From an uncultured Candidatus Rokubacteria bacterium (GTDB lineage: Bacteria; Methylomirabilota; Methylomirabilia; Rokubacteriales; CSP1-6): a stretch of DNA of 64,000 nt. A program made the translations under genes and the position numbers. The stretch is taken from positions 448,001 to 512,000 of the forward strand of contig CAVWFS010000008.1 in assembly GCA_963754315.1 (NCBI GenBank), read 5' to 3'. The notes under the pieces are model-generated. The model ran no database searches, was not told where the DNA came from, and saw only the letters and a program-made list of their open reading frames with translations. Below are positions 37,168-47,112 of the stretch, one piece after another; positions within the stretch are counted from its first letter, which is position 1; each line of letters starts with the position of its first letter.

Positions 37168-38106
37168 TCAGGCGGGCTTGGGTGGCCGGTTGCGGCGAAC
37201 GGCCTCGGGGTTGGTGGAGTCCGGGCCCATGTAAATGCCCTTCTCCCACGAGCGCTTGAGCGGATCGCGTACCGAGAGTCGCATCCGTCCGATCCCATGG
37301 ATCTCGAAGTCCACCACCTCGCCGTCCTGGAGCGGGCCCAAGCCCTCGTGGTTGGTTCCGCAGGCGATGAGGTCGCCCGAGTTCAGGGTCATGATGGTCG
37401 TGGCGAACTCGACGAGCTCGGGCACCAGATGCTCCATGTCGTCCGTGTTGTAGTTATGGCGAAGCTGGCCATCGACCCAGAACTGAACGTGGACGTTGTT
37501 GGGGTCCGGGATCTCGTCGATGGTCGCGATGCACGGGCCGATCGGGGCGAAGGTATCGAACGACTTGCCCAGCCAGCTCCCCGTCTTCCATGTTCTTCGA
37601 CCCTCCCCGCGCGCGGAGACGTCGATCATCCCGGTGTAACCGAATACCGCCTGCCGCCAGTTCTCGCGGGTGACCAGCTTGGCCGGCCCTTTGATGACGA
37701 GTGCCAGCTCCGCTTCGTGCATGAAGATCCAGGGCTCGGTGAATTGCGGCAGCACGATCGTGTCGTCGGGCCCGATGACGGCATCCGGGTTCTTGAGAAA
37801 CATGTTGAGCGGCCGTGCTTCCAGGGCCCCGTGCTCCCAGTAGTTGGCGATGCAGGCCAGAATCTTCCCGGGGCGCGGGAGGGGAGGACGAAGACGGACA
37901 TCGGAGAGCGGCAGGGCCGGTCCCTCCTCGGCCCGACGGGAGAGGGTCGGACGCAAGGCCTCGAAGCCGTCGATGATGCTCTGCATCGTGAGCTGCGGTG
38001 TGGGGCCGGAGGGCACGATGTCGGCGATGCTCACCACCCCACGCCCGGTGAGCAGGCCCGGCACGACTGTGCGGGTGGTGGCGTGGTCAAACAGAACGAG
38101 CTTCAC
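37168..38106 (-). CDS. Fumarylacetoacetate hydrolase family protein
   Basis: PGKILACIANY, FLK, HEAEL, DVSAR, GKSFDTFAPIGP, GDLIACGT. Confidence 0.9.
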   Translation of the reverse strand: MKLVLFDHATTRTVVPGLLTGRGVVSIADIVPSGPTPQLTMQSIIDGFEALRPTLSRRAEEGPALPLSDVRLRPPLPRPGKILACIANYWEHGALEARPLNMFLKNPDAVIGPDDTIVLPQFTEPWIFMHEAELALVIKGPAKLVTRENWRQAVFGYTGMIDVSARGEGRRTWKTGSWLGKSFDTFAPIGPCIATIDEIPDPNNVHVQFWVDGQLRHNYNTDDMEHLVPELVEFATTIMTLNSGDLIACGTNHEGLGPLQDGEVVDFEIHGIGRMRLSVRDPLKRSWEKGIYMGPDSTNPEAVRRNRPPKPA

Positions 38107-38200
38107 GATGTCCTCCTCGCGCGACCCGCTCGGCAACGGGCGGGAAGCGAGTATGGCACGGCCCCTGCGCGACCCGTACGGGGATCTTCTCGAGTGCGGC

Positions 38201-39295
38201 TCAGCCCGTTCGCAATTTCTCCAGAAGACGGGGGTCGGGATCCACTCCGAGGCCAGGGCCCTGGGGCACCGCGATCCGGCCCTGCTTCGGCTCGATGGCC
38301 TCGCCCCATGGATTCTCCGCGAAATCGCAGTAGAAGCGCTCGACGAGCGACCCGCTGGCCAGCGCCGCGATGCAGTGGATCGAGGCCAGTAGGCCGGGCC
38401 CGAAGTACGCCGAGTGCGGGACGACCTGAACGCCGAAGGCTTCAGCCAGGGTCATCACGCGCCGCATCTCGGTCACGCCCCCGATCTTGGTCACGCTCGG
38501 CTGGGCGTAGGTGATCGCTCCTGCTTCGAAGGCACGGCGAAACTCCCAGACCGTCCCGTAGTTCTCGCCGGCGGCCGTGGGAATCCCCCCGCGGGCGCGC
38601 ACCTCGGCGAGCCCGGCGAGGTTCTCGGGCGGCCACACCGGCTCCTCCAGCCAGTGAAGCTCCAGAGGAGCCAGCCGGCGTGCCATCTCGATCGCCTGGG
38701 GCACCGTCCACGGGCAATTCGTGTCGAGCATGATCGGGATGGCTGTCCCCGCCGTATCTCGCGCGGCCTTCACCTCAGGCACCGTGATCTCATGGAGCTT
38801 GATGTGTCGGTACCCGCGTTCCAGCGCCTGCGCGGTGTAGTGGGTCACGGCGGCCGCGCTGCCGTAGCGGAGCAGACTGGCATAGGCAGGCAACTCCTGG
38901 CGGGTACTACCACCCAGCAAGCCGTAGAGAGGAAGCCCGGCGACCTTGCCCGCGATATCCCAGAGGGCAATATCGATCCCCGAGAGGGCGTACATGGTAG
39001 GACCATTGCGGCCCACGCCATGCAGCACCCGCTGGAGATCCTCGCTCAGCGCCAGAATCTCACGCGGGTCACGGCCGACGCACAGCGGTCCCAGAAGGGT
39101 GTCGAGGGCGGCCCGCGTGGCCGGGAAGATGCGGTGGCCGAACGCTTCACCCCATCCCGTGACCCCGGCGTCGGTGTCGATGCGGACGAGCAGCATGTCG
39201 ATGCTGGTCCTGGCCCGACCTCCGAGCATCGGCGTGGCCCCCTCGATCACCATCGGGAGGTTGAGGACGATGCTCTCCACCCGGGTAATCTTCAT
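38201..39295 (-). CDS. Mandelate racemase/muconate lactonizing enzyme family protein
   Basis: GWGE, IDIALWDI.GK, K.H, LDTN, WLEEP, GEN, PHS. Confidence 0.9.
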   Translation of the reverse strand: MKITRVESIVLNLPMVIEGATPMLGGRARTSIDMLLVRIDTDAGVTGWGEAFGHRIFPATRAALDTLLGPLCVGRDPREILALSEDLQRVLHGVGRNGPTMYALSGIDIALWDIAGKVAGLPLYGLLGGSTRQELPAYASLLRYGSAAAVTHYTAQALERGYRHIKLHEITVPEVKAARDTAGTAIPIMLDTNCPWTVPQAIEMARRLAPLELHWLEEPVWPPENLAGLAEVRARGGIPTAAGENYGTVWEFRRAFEAGAITYAQPSVTKIGGVTEMRRVMTLAEAFGVQVVPHSAYFGPGLLASIHCIAALASGSLVERFYCDFAENPWGEAIEPKQGRIAVPQGPGLGVDPDPRLLEKLRTG

Positions 39296-40374
39296 CGAGG
39301 TCGCGCCTCCGCGTGCTCTCTCACATCACTGACCACCGCCGAGAACGCGGTGATGAACTGCCGCATGTCGTCTCGGGTCCCGACGGTGAGGCGAAAGCTG
39401 CCGTCGATCACCGGTTTGCCGGCCATGTTCCGCACCAGGATCCCCCGCGCCCGCAGGGATTGGACGACCGCCCCACAGTCACCTGGTGGCCACACGAGCA
39501 TGTAGTTACCGCCGTCGGCGAAGTGGCGGACACTCAGGCGCTGCAGTTGCTCGATCGTCCATTGCTTGGCGGCCAACACCTCGGCGACGTACTGACGCAT
39601 GTGGTGGGGGTCGGCCAGGGCAGCCTTGCCGGCCACCACGGCGAGCATGTTGATGTCGTAGGGCCCGGTGACGCGGCGCAGACGTTCGAGGATGGAGCGA
39701 TGCCCGATAGCAAAGCCGAGCCGCAGTCCGGCGATCCCTGCGCTCTTCGAGAGGGACTGCAAGGCGACGACGTTCTCCAGTTCGAGCGCGAGCGGGATCA
39801 CTGATTGTCCGGTAAAGGCGGCGTACAGCTCATCCACGACCACAAGAGTCCGCGGCGCCCCCTGCGCGAGCGCCACGATGGTCGCAGGCGCGATGAGCGT
39901 GCCGGTAGGATTGTTGGGATTGCAGACGAAGAAGAGGCGCGGCTCGGCCGCCAGTCTCTGCCTGACCACCGCGAGCGGATACTGCAGATCGGCCGGGTAA
40001 GGAACCTCGTCCAGGACCATCCCCTGCTGCTGGGCGCACGGTTCGTAGTATCCGAACGTCGGTACGGTGGTCAGGAACGTGGTGCCGCCGTCGCCATAGG
40101 CGTCGAAGATCGCCCGGATCGCGGCATCGACGCCGTTGAAGGCGCCGACCAGTGCGCTGTCCACTCCGATGGTCGCAGCAAACGCCTCGTTGAGTCCCGC
40201 GTATTCCGGATACGCAGCGAACGCCTCGGGTGGGACCTTGCGGATGGCTTCGACCACCTTGGGACTGGGTCCGACGGTGCTTTCGTTGAAGTCCAGGCGC
40301 AGAGATGATCGCCGCCCCTCGAGGGGCGCAACGTATGGCGTGAGCGCTTCGACCTCCGGCCTGGCCCTGATCAT
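39292..40374 (-). CDS. hisC: Histidinol-phosphate aminotransferase family (PLP-dependent)
   Basis: RLDFNE, CNPNNPTG, VVDELY, SLSKSAGIAGLRLG, RLTVG. Confidence 0.8.
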   Translation of the reverse strand: MIRARPEVEALTPYVAPLEGRRSSLRLDFNESTVGPSPKVVEAIRKVPPEAFAAYPEYAGLNEAFAATIGVDSALVGAFNGVDAAIRAIFDAYGDGGTTFLTTVPTFGYYEPCAQQQGMVLDEVPYPADLQYPLAVVRQRLAAEPRLFFVCNPNNPTGTLIAPATIVALAQGAPRTLVVVDELYAAFTGQSVIPLALELENVVALQSLSKSAGIAGLRLGFAIGHRSILERLRRVTGPYDINMLAVVAGKAALADPHHMRQYVAEVLAAKQWTIEQLQRLSVRHFADGGNYMLVWPPGDCGAVVQSLRARGILVRNMAGKPVIDGSFRLTVGTRDDMRQFITAFSAVVSDVREHAEARPR

Positions 40375-40533
40375 CTGCCCTTCCTGAGAACGATGATCAA
40401 GGTCGCAGCGCTACCGTGTCAAGGTGCCGCGCTGATCTCGATACCCGAGCCAACGGTGATCCTCTTCTGGCTGGATGACATACAATGGCGCGGCCCCGGA
40501 GCTCGGGCAGGCCCGGTGACGGAAAGGAGACCC

Positions 40534-41530
40534 ATGCGGAGCATCGACATCCACGCCCATCTGACTCCCCAATGTTTCTGGCGGGCGACGGAAGACGGCG
40601 GCGACTGGCATACCATCAAACGCGAGAAGGATTCACGGGGGTCGGAAGTCGCCCTCGTCGGCGGCCGCCGGCAGAGCCTGCCTCCTCGCGCCCGGTGGAC
40701 GCCGGAGCAGCGGCTGGCCGACATGGACTCGCTCGGCGTGGACATGCACGTGGTCTCGCCCTACGTGGGGTTCTACAACTATGAGTTGCCGGCTGAGGTC
40801 GCCCGCGCCACCGCCCAGGCCATCAACGACGAGATTGCCGACATGGTGCGCACGCGGCCCCAGCGCTTCGCGGGACTGGGCACACTCCCCATGCAAGACG
40901 TGAAAGCCGCCGTGGCCGAGCTGGAGCGGTGCATGGTCAAGCTTGGGCTCAAGGGCGTCGAGATCAACGATCACATCAACGGCCGCACCTTGGAGGAGCC
41001 AGAGTTTCGGCCCTTCTGGAAAGCGGCCGAGCAGATGAGCGCCCTCGTGTTCTTTCATCAGGCCGGCGAGACCCTGGTGACCTCCCGCAGCGCCCGCTAT
41101 CATTTGCCTAACACCATCGGCAACCTGGTAGATCAGGGCGGTGACCTTCGCCACCCTGGTGTTCGGGGGGGTGATGGACGAATTTCCCGGCCTCAAGATC
41201 TGCCTCGGCCATGGTGGCGGCTACACTTGCTACGGCATCGGACGAATGGATCACGGATGGCAGGTCCGCTCGGAGGCCCGTGTCCACATCACCCAGCCGC
41301 CCAGCTCCTACCTCGGGCGCTTCTATTACGACTGCATCGTCTACACGGAGCCCGCCCTGCGCTATCTGATCGATACCGTGGGCGCTGACCGGGTGGTTTT
41401 CGGGACTGACTGGCCGTACGACATGGCGCTGGACTGGCCCGTCGCCTGGATCCTCGGCATGAAGAGCCTGTCGCAGGAGGAGAAGGACGCGATCCTGTGG
41501 AAGAACCTCGAGCGCCTGCTCAATCTTTGA
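40534..41530 (+). CDS. Amidohydrolase_2 family protein (ACMSD-like), frameshift near 41135
   Basis: IDIHAH in ORF 40393-41388; GHGGG and GTDWPY in ORF 41141-41530; AAAGGAG RBS before ATG 40534. Confidence 0.87.
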
Positions 41531-41546
41531 GAACGGAGGAAGAACC

Positions 41547-42440
41547 ATGGCCGTGTCGGTAGGGTTCATTGGTGTCGGGAACATGGGTAACCCGATGGCG
41601 AACAACGTACTGAAGGCTGGCTTTCCCATGGCAGTCTTCGACAAGAGCGCGCCTGCCATGGCCAATCTGGTCCAGGCCGGAGCCCATGGGGCCGCCTCGG
41701 CCCGTGAGGTCGTCGAGCGATCCGAGATCACTCTGACGTGCTTGCCAGCTTCGCCGGACGTGGAGGCTCTCTACCTCGAGCCTGGCGGACTCATCGAGCG
41801 CGCCAAGCCGGGGACCACCCTCGTCGATCTGAGCAGCGTGCTGCCTTCCACCCCCCGCAAGATCGAGCCCCGTGCCAAGGAGCGGGGGATCTCCTTCCTG
41901 GAAGCGCCGGTGAGCGGGGGCGTGAGCGGAGCCCGCGCGGCGACCTTGGCCGTCATGGTGGGCGGCGACCCGGAGGTGCTTGAGCGCGTCCGCCCGGTCC
42001 TACGCGCCATTGGTCCGAACATCTTCAGCGTGGGACCAGTAGGGGCTGGGAACACCGTGAAAGCGATCAACAACATGATGGCCTGCGTCAACTCGCTCGC
42101 CATGATGGAAGGCGTGGTGCTTGGCGTGAAAGCGGGGCTCGACCCGATGATCATCTACGAGGTGGTCAAGGCGAGCAGCGGCGGCAGCAAGGCGCTCGAG
42201 CGCATTCCCACGGCGCTGATCCCGCGCAAGTTCGAGCCGGGCTTCAAGGTCCAGCTGATGAACAAGGACCTCGACACATTCAACACGATCGCCAAGGAGC
42301 TTCACGTGCCGGTCAGCTTCTCCAACGTGGCCCAGCGGTACCAGCAGGCGGCGCTGGCCGCCGGCCTGGGCGACCAGGACACGAGCGTCGTCATGACGAT
42401 CATCGAGCGGTTGGCGGCCCTCGACGGGGTGCCCCGGTAG
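41547..42440 (+). CDS. Beta-hydroxyacid dehydrogenase (3-hydroxyisobutyrate / tartronate semialdehyde reductase family)
   Basis: GFIGVGNMG, EAPVSGG, K.INN, KDL. Confidence 0.9.
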   Translation: MAVSVGFIGVGNMGNPMANNVLKAGFPMAVFDKSAPAMANLVQAGAHGAASAREVVERSEITLTCLPASPDVEALYLEPGGLIERAKPGTTLVDLSSVLPSTPRKIEPRAKERGISFLEAPVSGGVSGARAATLAVMVGGDPEVLERVRPVLRAIGPNIFSVGPVGAGNTVKAINNMMACVNSLAMMEGVVLGVKAGLDPMIIYEVVKASSGGSKALERIPTALIPRKFEPGFKVQLMNKDLDTFNTIAKELHVPVSFSNVAQRYQQAALAAGLGDQDTSVVMTIIERLAALDGVPR

Positions 42441-42454
42441 AGGAGCCGCGGGCG

Positions 42455-43747
42455 TTGTTTCGAGAGACGATCACGGGCGCAGGGACAGCGGAGACAGCGG
42501 GGAAAGGTCTCACGTGGAGCCGTGGCCGATTGATGGCCACCTTGTTCGTGGCTCAGGTCTGCGGCAGCACAGGACACTCGATCGTGATGGCGGTCGGAAG
42601 CATCATGGCCGCCAGCATCACCGGCACGAACACGTGGTCGGGTCTTCCCGTCGGGATCGGCGCGCTCGGCGCCGCGCTCGCAAGCTGGCCGCTGGCCCGC
42701 CTGATGAGCCGGTCCGGACGGCGGCCCGGGCTGAGCCTGGGGTACGGCCTGGCGGTGGTAGGGGCAGTGGTGGGCATGATCGGTGTGGTGTTGGAGAGCT
42801 TCTCCCTGCTGCTCGGCGGGATGGCGCTCTTCGGGATTGCCAATACCTCGAATCTGCTGGCGCGCTACGCCGCGGCCGACGTCAGCCCCGGCGCCCAGCG
42901 GGGGCGCGCCATGGGCCTCATCGTCTGGGGTTCGACCGCTGGCTCGATCATCGGACCGAATCTCATGGGCCCCGCCCTGCGGGCAGGCAACGTCCTGGGA
43001 ATCACGCCCACGGCGAGCGCATTCCTCATCAGCGTGGGCGGCTATGCGCTGGCGGCGATCCTCGTCCAGACGCTCCTACGGCCCGACCCCTTGGCCATCG
43101 CTCGCCAGCTCGGAGAGATCGCCCGCGAGGGCCACTCGTCTCCCCGTGCCCGCTCGCTCGGCGTGATCCTGGCCGATGTGCGAGTGCAGATCGCGATGGC
43201 CGCGCTCACCATCAGCCAGTTCGTGATGATCAGCACGACCTCCACCTCACCGCTGTACCTGCACGACCAGGGGCACCACGTCCACACCATCGGCCTTGCC
43301 GTGTCCCTGCATCTTGCCGGCATGTACGTGGCGTCGCCGCTCTCGGGCTGGCTGTGCGACCGATTCGGCAGGCTTGTGATAATCGGGGCAGGGGCGCTGG
43401 TGTTGATCGCGGCCGTGTTGCTGGCGGGAACGGCTCCCGGCAGCCATCGCGCCCTGATCATCCTGGGATTGTTCCTGAATGGCGTCGGCTGGAATTTCTC
43501 CTTCGTGGCCGGCAGCGCGCTTCTCACCGACGCCCTATCGCCGACCGAACGGGCGTCGACCCAGGGTCTGGCCGACATGGTCATGGGTTTGATGGGTGCC
43601 TTCGGATCCGCGGCCGGCGGCATGATTCTGGGTGTATGGGGCTTCACGATTCTGAACGGGCTGGGCGCCATCCTCGTGCTGGCTCCGCTGGGTGTCACGT
43701 TATGGCGCCGGCCCGCGCTCGCCTCGCTCTCGACGATACGGAGCTAG
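42455..43747 (+). CDS. MFS transporter
   Basis: About 12 hydrophobic segments; GRR and DRFGR loops; start uncertain (42455-42531). Confidence 0.87.
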   Translation: MFRETITGAGTAETAGKGLTWSRGRLMATLFVAQVCGSTGHSIVMAVGSIMAASITGTNTWSGLPVGIGALGAALASWPLARLMSRSGRRPGLSLGYGLAVVGAVVGMIGVVLESFSLLLGGMALFGIANTSNLLARYAAADVSPGAQRGRAMGLIVWGSTAGSIIGPNLMGPALRAGNVLGITPTASAFLISVGGYALAAILVQTLLRPDPLAIARQLGEIAREGHSSPRARSLGVILADVRVQIAMAALTISQFVMISTTSTSPLYLHDQGHHVHTIGLAVSLHLAGMYVASPLSGWLCDRFGRLVIIGAGALVLIAAVLLAGTAPGSHRALIILGLFLNGVGWNFSFVAGSALLTDALSPTERASTQGLADMVMGLMGAFGSAAGGMILGVWGFTILNGLGAILVLAPLGVTLWRRPALASLSTIRS

Positions 43748-43779
43748 GCCGACCAGAACCCAAGGGAGGGCACACGCAG

Positions 43780-44163
43780 ATGCCGAGAAAAGAGATCATC
43801 AAGGTCGATCTCGCGGGATCCAACCCCAATCTGTCGCCGGCCACCAAGTTCGGTAACCTCGTCTTCGTGGCGGGGCAAACCGGCCGCCATCCCACGACGG
43901 GGCAGGTGGGCAAGGACGTCCGTGAGCAGACCCGCAACGTGCTGGAGCGGATCAAGCTCGTCCTGGCGGCGGCTGGCACCTCGCTCGACAATGTGCTGAC
44001 CGTGACCACGCATCTGACCAAGCGTGAGGACCTGGCGGCCTACAATGAGGAGTACGCCAAGTACTTCCCAACCAACAAGCCGGCCAGGACGACGGTGGAG
44101 GTGATGCTGAACGCGCCCGAGCTTCTGGTGGAGATCACGGTGACCGCCTGCATTCCTGACTGA
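43780..44163 (+). CDS. RidA/YjgF family protein
   Basis: LVFVAGQ, PARTTV, LVEI; GGGAGG RBS before ATG 43780. Confidence 0.9.
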   Translation: MPRKEIIKVDLAGSNPNLSPATKFGNLVFVAGQTGRHPTTGQVGKDVREQTRNVLERIKLVLAAAGTSLDNVLTVTTHLTKREDLAAYNEEYAKYFPTNKPARTTVEVMLNAPELLVEITVTACIPD

Positions 44164-44198
44164 CGGCGCTTGCGTCAACGGTAGAAAGGAGATCGATC

Positions 44199-45314
44199 AT
44201 GGGCCGTATCTACGACGTCATCGATGCCGATGGGCACGTGCTTGAGCCGGTGGACCTGTGGCAGACCTATATCGACCCGGCCTACCGTGATCGTGGGCCC
44301 CGCCTGTTCGTCGACACCGACGGCAAAGAGCGACTGCGAGTCGAGGACAAGGTGCTGGGCAGTCCGAAGGGTCTCGGCCTCATCGGCGCCATCGGGGCCC
44401 GGCAGGGAGTGGTGTCCGACACGACCATCAAGTATGTCGAGGGTCGCCGGGGCGGCTTCGATCCACACGCGCGAATCGTCGACCTCGACGCGGACGGTAT
44501 CGATGCCGCGTTCCTGTATCCGAGCCTGGGCCTGTTCGCGGGAGCGATCGCCGATCCTGGCCTCGCCGCCGCCGTGTGCCGGGCCTACAACCGATGGCTC
44601 GCGGACTATTGCCGCCCGTATCCCGACCGGCTGTTCGGCGTGGCCATGCTGCCCATGCAGTCAATCGACCTGGCCATCGAGGAGATGCGGTACGCCCGGA
44701 AGGACCTTGGCATGCGCGGTGGCTTTCTGCGACCCAACCCGTACAACGGGCGCATGCTACACCATCCGGACTATGCGCCGTTCTGGGCAGCCGTGGAGGA
44801 GCTCGACTTCTCCATCGGTCTTCACGAGGGCGCCAGCGGCGGCATGCCCCAGGTCGGCGTCGACCGCTTCGAGACCCGAGGGGCTCGACACATCATCTCC
44901 CACACCATGGAGATGATGCTGGCCGCCATGAGCGTGATCTGGTGTGGCGTGTGCGACCGTTTCCCCCGGGTGCGCATCGCCTTCCTCGAGTCGGGTGGCG
45001 GCTGGATCGCGCCCTGGCTCGACCGGATGGATCGCCACTTTGACGACCAGGGGTTCAATGACTCCGGGCTCTCCATGCGCCCGAGCGAGCTCTTTCGCCG
45101 CAACTGTTGGATCTCGTTCGAGCCGGTCGAGGGCAGCCTCAGCGTGCTCGCGGACTACATCGGTCCTCACAAGATCCTGTGGGCGACGGACTACCCGCAC
45201 CCCGATGGCTTCTTTCCCGGCGCTCCGCAGTTGATCGCGAAGCGGCCGGAGCTGTCAGAGGCGACGAAGCGCCAGATCCTCGCCGGCGGCGCCGCCGGCT
45301 TCTACGGGCTCTAA
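44199..45314 (+). CDS. Amidohydrolase_2 family protein
   Basis: IDADGHVLEP, RAYNRWL, FLESG, WATDYPHPD. Confidence 0.9.
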   Translation: MGRIYDVIDADGHVLEPVDLWQTYIDPAYRDRGPRLFVDTDGKERLRVEDKVLGSPKGLGLIGAIGARQGVVSDTTIKYVEGRRGGFDPHARIVDLDADGIDAAFLYPSLGLFAGAIADPGLAAAVCRAYNRWLADYCRPYPDRLFGVAMLPMQSIDLAIEEMRYARKDLGMRGGFLRPNPYNGRMLHHPDYAPFWAAVEELDFSIGLHEGASGGMPQVGVDRFETRGARHIISHTMEMMLAAMSVIWCGVCDRFPRVRIAFLESGGGWIAPWLDRMDRHFDDQGFNDSGLSMRPSELFRRNCWISFEPVEGSLSVLADYIGPHKILWATDYPHPDGFFPGAPQLIAKRPELSEATKRQILAGGAAGFYGL

Positions 45315-45326
45315 GGAGACCCGAGC

Positions 45327-45362
45327 TCGAGACGCGCCCCGGGTCACCCGGTGCGCGCCTCG
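45327..45362. repeat. GC-rich hairpin between convergent genes, related to hairpin 2 of the dispersed repeat
   Basis: CGAGACGCGC-C-CCGGG-TCA-CCCGG-T-GCGCGCCTCG. Confidence 0.55.
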
Positions 45363-45372
45363 GCGTTGGGGC

Positions 45373-45810
45373 CTACTTTGGCTTGCGGAATGCGAAGTTG
45401 TACGGACCTGAAGCGCTGCGGCCCGAGCCGACCAGCGCCCAGTTGTCACCCTCGTCCATCACCACCGCCGAACCCGTGCGAGTCCCCACCGCCCCAGCCG
45501 CTTCGCCTCGTCCCGTGCCTCCGCCGGTCGCCATGAAGACCACCGCGCCGTCACTGACCTCCGCCTTGCCTTGAGCGGTCCAGGGGCCCGCTTGGAGCGA
45601 ATATGTGCCATCGGGGTTGAGCCTTAGAGTGGCCGGGATGTTATCCCCCGTGGCTCCCCTCCCCGTCCCCTGCCACGTCCCGGCGAGCGTCTTGAGATCG
45701 GACGTGTAGACTGTTCTCTGCGTGCCCGCACTGCTGAAGGTAGTGCTGCCGCACCCGGCCAGCGCCGATGCGACCAGCGCGACGCCACAAGCCATCCACA
45801 GTTTCGCCAT
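45373..45810 (-). CDS. Putative lipoprotein, small beta-rich hypothetical protein
   Basis: MAKLW...ALAGC lipobox; LAGTWQG; GAAGGAGG RBS. Confidence 0.72.
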   Translation of the reverse strand: MAKLWMACGVALVASALAGCGSTTFSSAGTQRTVYTSDLKTLAGTWQGTGRGATGDNIPATLRLNPDGTYSLQAGPWTAQGKAEVSDGAVVFMATGGGTGRGEAAGAVGTRTGSAVVMDEGDNWALVGSGRSASGPYNFAFRKPK

Positions 45811-45948
45811 CGCGACCCTCCTTCTCCCCTCGACCCGAGAGGCCACCTGACAGGTGCCTCATCCCCGCGGTCATGATGGGATGGCACCCCGAGGGATATG
45901 GTATTGCACGCGACGGGACGAGCGCAACTGGGGTTCTTCGCGCCGCGC

Positions 45949-45989
45949 GGTGATCTCCTTGAAGGACTCGAACCTGGACCCGCTGATTA
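45949..45989 (-). other. 3' half of a tRNA (tRNA-Lys-like), degenerate; possible att-site scar
   Basis: Minus strand TAATCAG-CGGGTC-CAGGTTCGAGTCCT-TCAAGGAGATCACC: anticodon 3' arm, variable loop, T-loop GGTTCGAGTCC, ACC end; no 5' half. Confidence 0.65.
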
Positions 45990-47111
45990 CCACTCGAGGG
46001 CGTCCGCCATCCGGCGCTTGTGCCAGCGGGGATCACCCAGGTACGAGAACAGCGTGCGGGACATCTGGGTATGGGCGACGAGGCCGTACTCGGTCAGACT
46101 ACCCTGGCCAGCGTGGACCTCGTGCGCAGCGTTACAGGCTTCCATGTAGGCCTCGCTGCTGACCGCCTTGGCCATGTGAACGGCTGCGGCAGCGGGCTGC
46201 CCCGTGTCGAGCTTCCACAGCGCTTCCGCCGTGGTCCAGCGCGCGGCGTCCAGGTGATTGACCAGACGGATGATGTGGTCCTGGACGCGCTGGAAACGTC
46301 CGATGGGGACACCGAACTGCACCCGCTCGCGGCTGTGTGCCACCGACATGTCGAACACGGCCTGACACCCGCCGACCATGTACGAGCACAAAATGGGCAG
46401 GGCCCGCAGGAGGGCGCGTTCGAGGAGCATCCAGCCCTGGCTCTTGCGATCCCCGAGCAGTTGGGTGGCCGGGACCTCGACACCGTCGAACGTCACCTCG
46501 CATTGCCAGGAGAGAAAGCCTGGCAGGCGTCGCACGCGGACACCGGGTGCGCGCGTGTCGACGAGCAACAACCCCACCTGGGCAGGCTCGTTTCCGGTGC
46601 GGATGGCGACGATCAAGTGCGTGGTCGCGGTGGCGTCGCTCACGAACAGCTTCGTGCCGTGGAGGCGGTAGCGGTCATCCCGCTGCTCAGGGGTGAGCGT
46701 GATGCCTTCGGGACCCCACGAGGTATTGGGCTCGGTAATGGCGAGCGATAGCACCGATTCGCCGCGGGCGACAGGGGGAAGGATCGCACGCCGCTGCTCC
46801 TCGGTGGCCGCCTCCATCACCGCCAGGACTCCCAGGACCCCAGAGCTGAAGAACGGTCCCGGAAGCGGCGCGCGGCCGAGCTCCTCGTAGAGCACGGCGG
46901 CGTCGGTGAGGCTGCTCTCGGTGCCCCCCAAGGCAGTGGGAACGAGGATGCCGAGCCAGCCAGCCTCGGAGGCCTTGCGCCACAGCTCGGGCACCAGGCT
47001 CGATTCGGATCGTTGCAGAGCGACCACCGTGTGCCGCGGGGCCTCTCGTTCGACGAAGGTGCGTGCCGCCGCCCGCAGCATTTCCTGCGCTTCGGTCAGG
47101 GACAGATCCAT
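45987..47111 (-). CDS. Acyl-CoA dehydrogenase family protein (second subunit of a pair)
   Basis: GWLGI, EELGR, LAITEP, GTKLFV, R.QFGVPIGRFQ. Confidence 0.9.
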   Translation of the reverse strand: MDLSLTEAQEMLRAAARTFVEREAPRHTVVALQRSESSLVPELWRKASEAGWLGILVPTALGGTESSLTDAAVLYEELGRAPLPGPFFSSGVLGVLAVMEAATEEQRRAILPPVARGESVLSLAITEPNTSWGPEGITLTPEQRDDRYRLHGTKLFVSDATATTHLIVAIRTGNEPAQVGLLLVDTRAPGVRVRRLPGFLSWQCEVTFDGVEVPATQLLGDRKSQGWMLLERALLRALPILCSYMVGGCQAVFDMSVAHSRERVQFGVPIGRFQRVQDHIIRLVNHLDAARWTTAEALWKLDTGQPAAAAVHMAKAVSSEAYMEACNAAHEVHAGQGSLTEYGLVAHTQMSRTLFSYLGDPRWHKRRMADALEW

Positions 47112-47112
47112 C

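Noticed and set aside
45949..45989. Functional tRNA gene
   Set aside because: No acceptor 5' strand or D-arm; the upstream sequence is protein-coding
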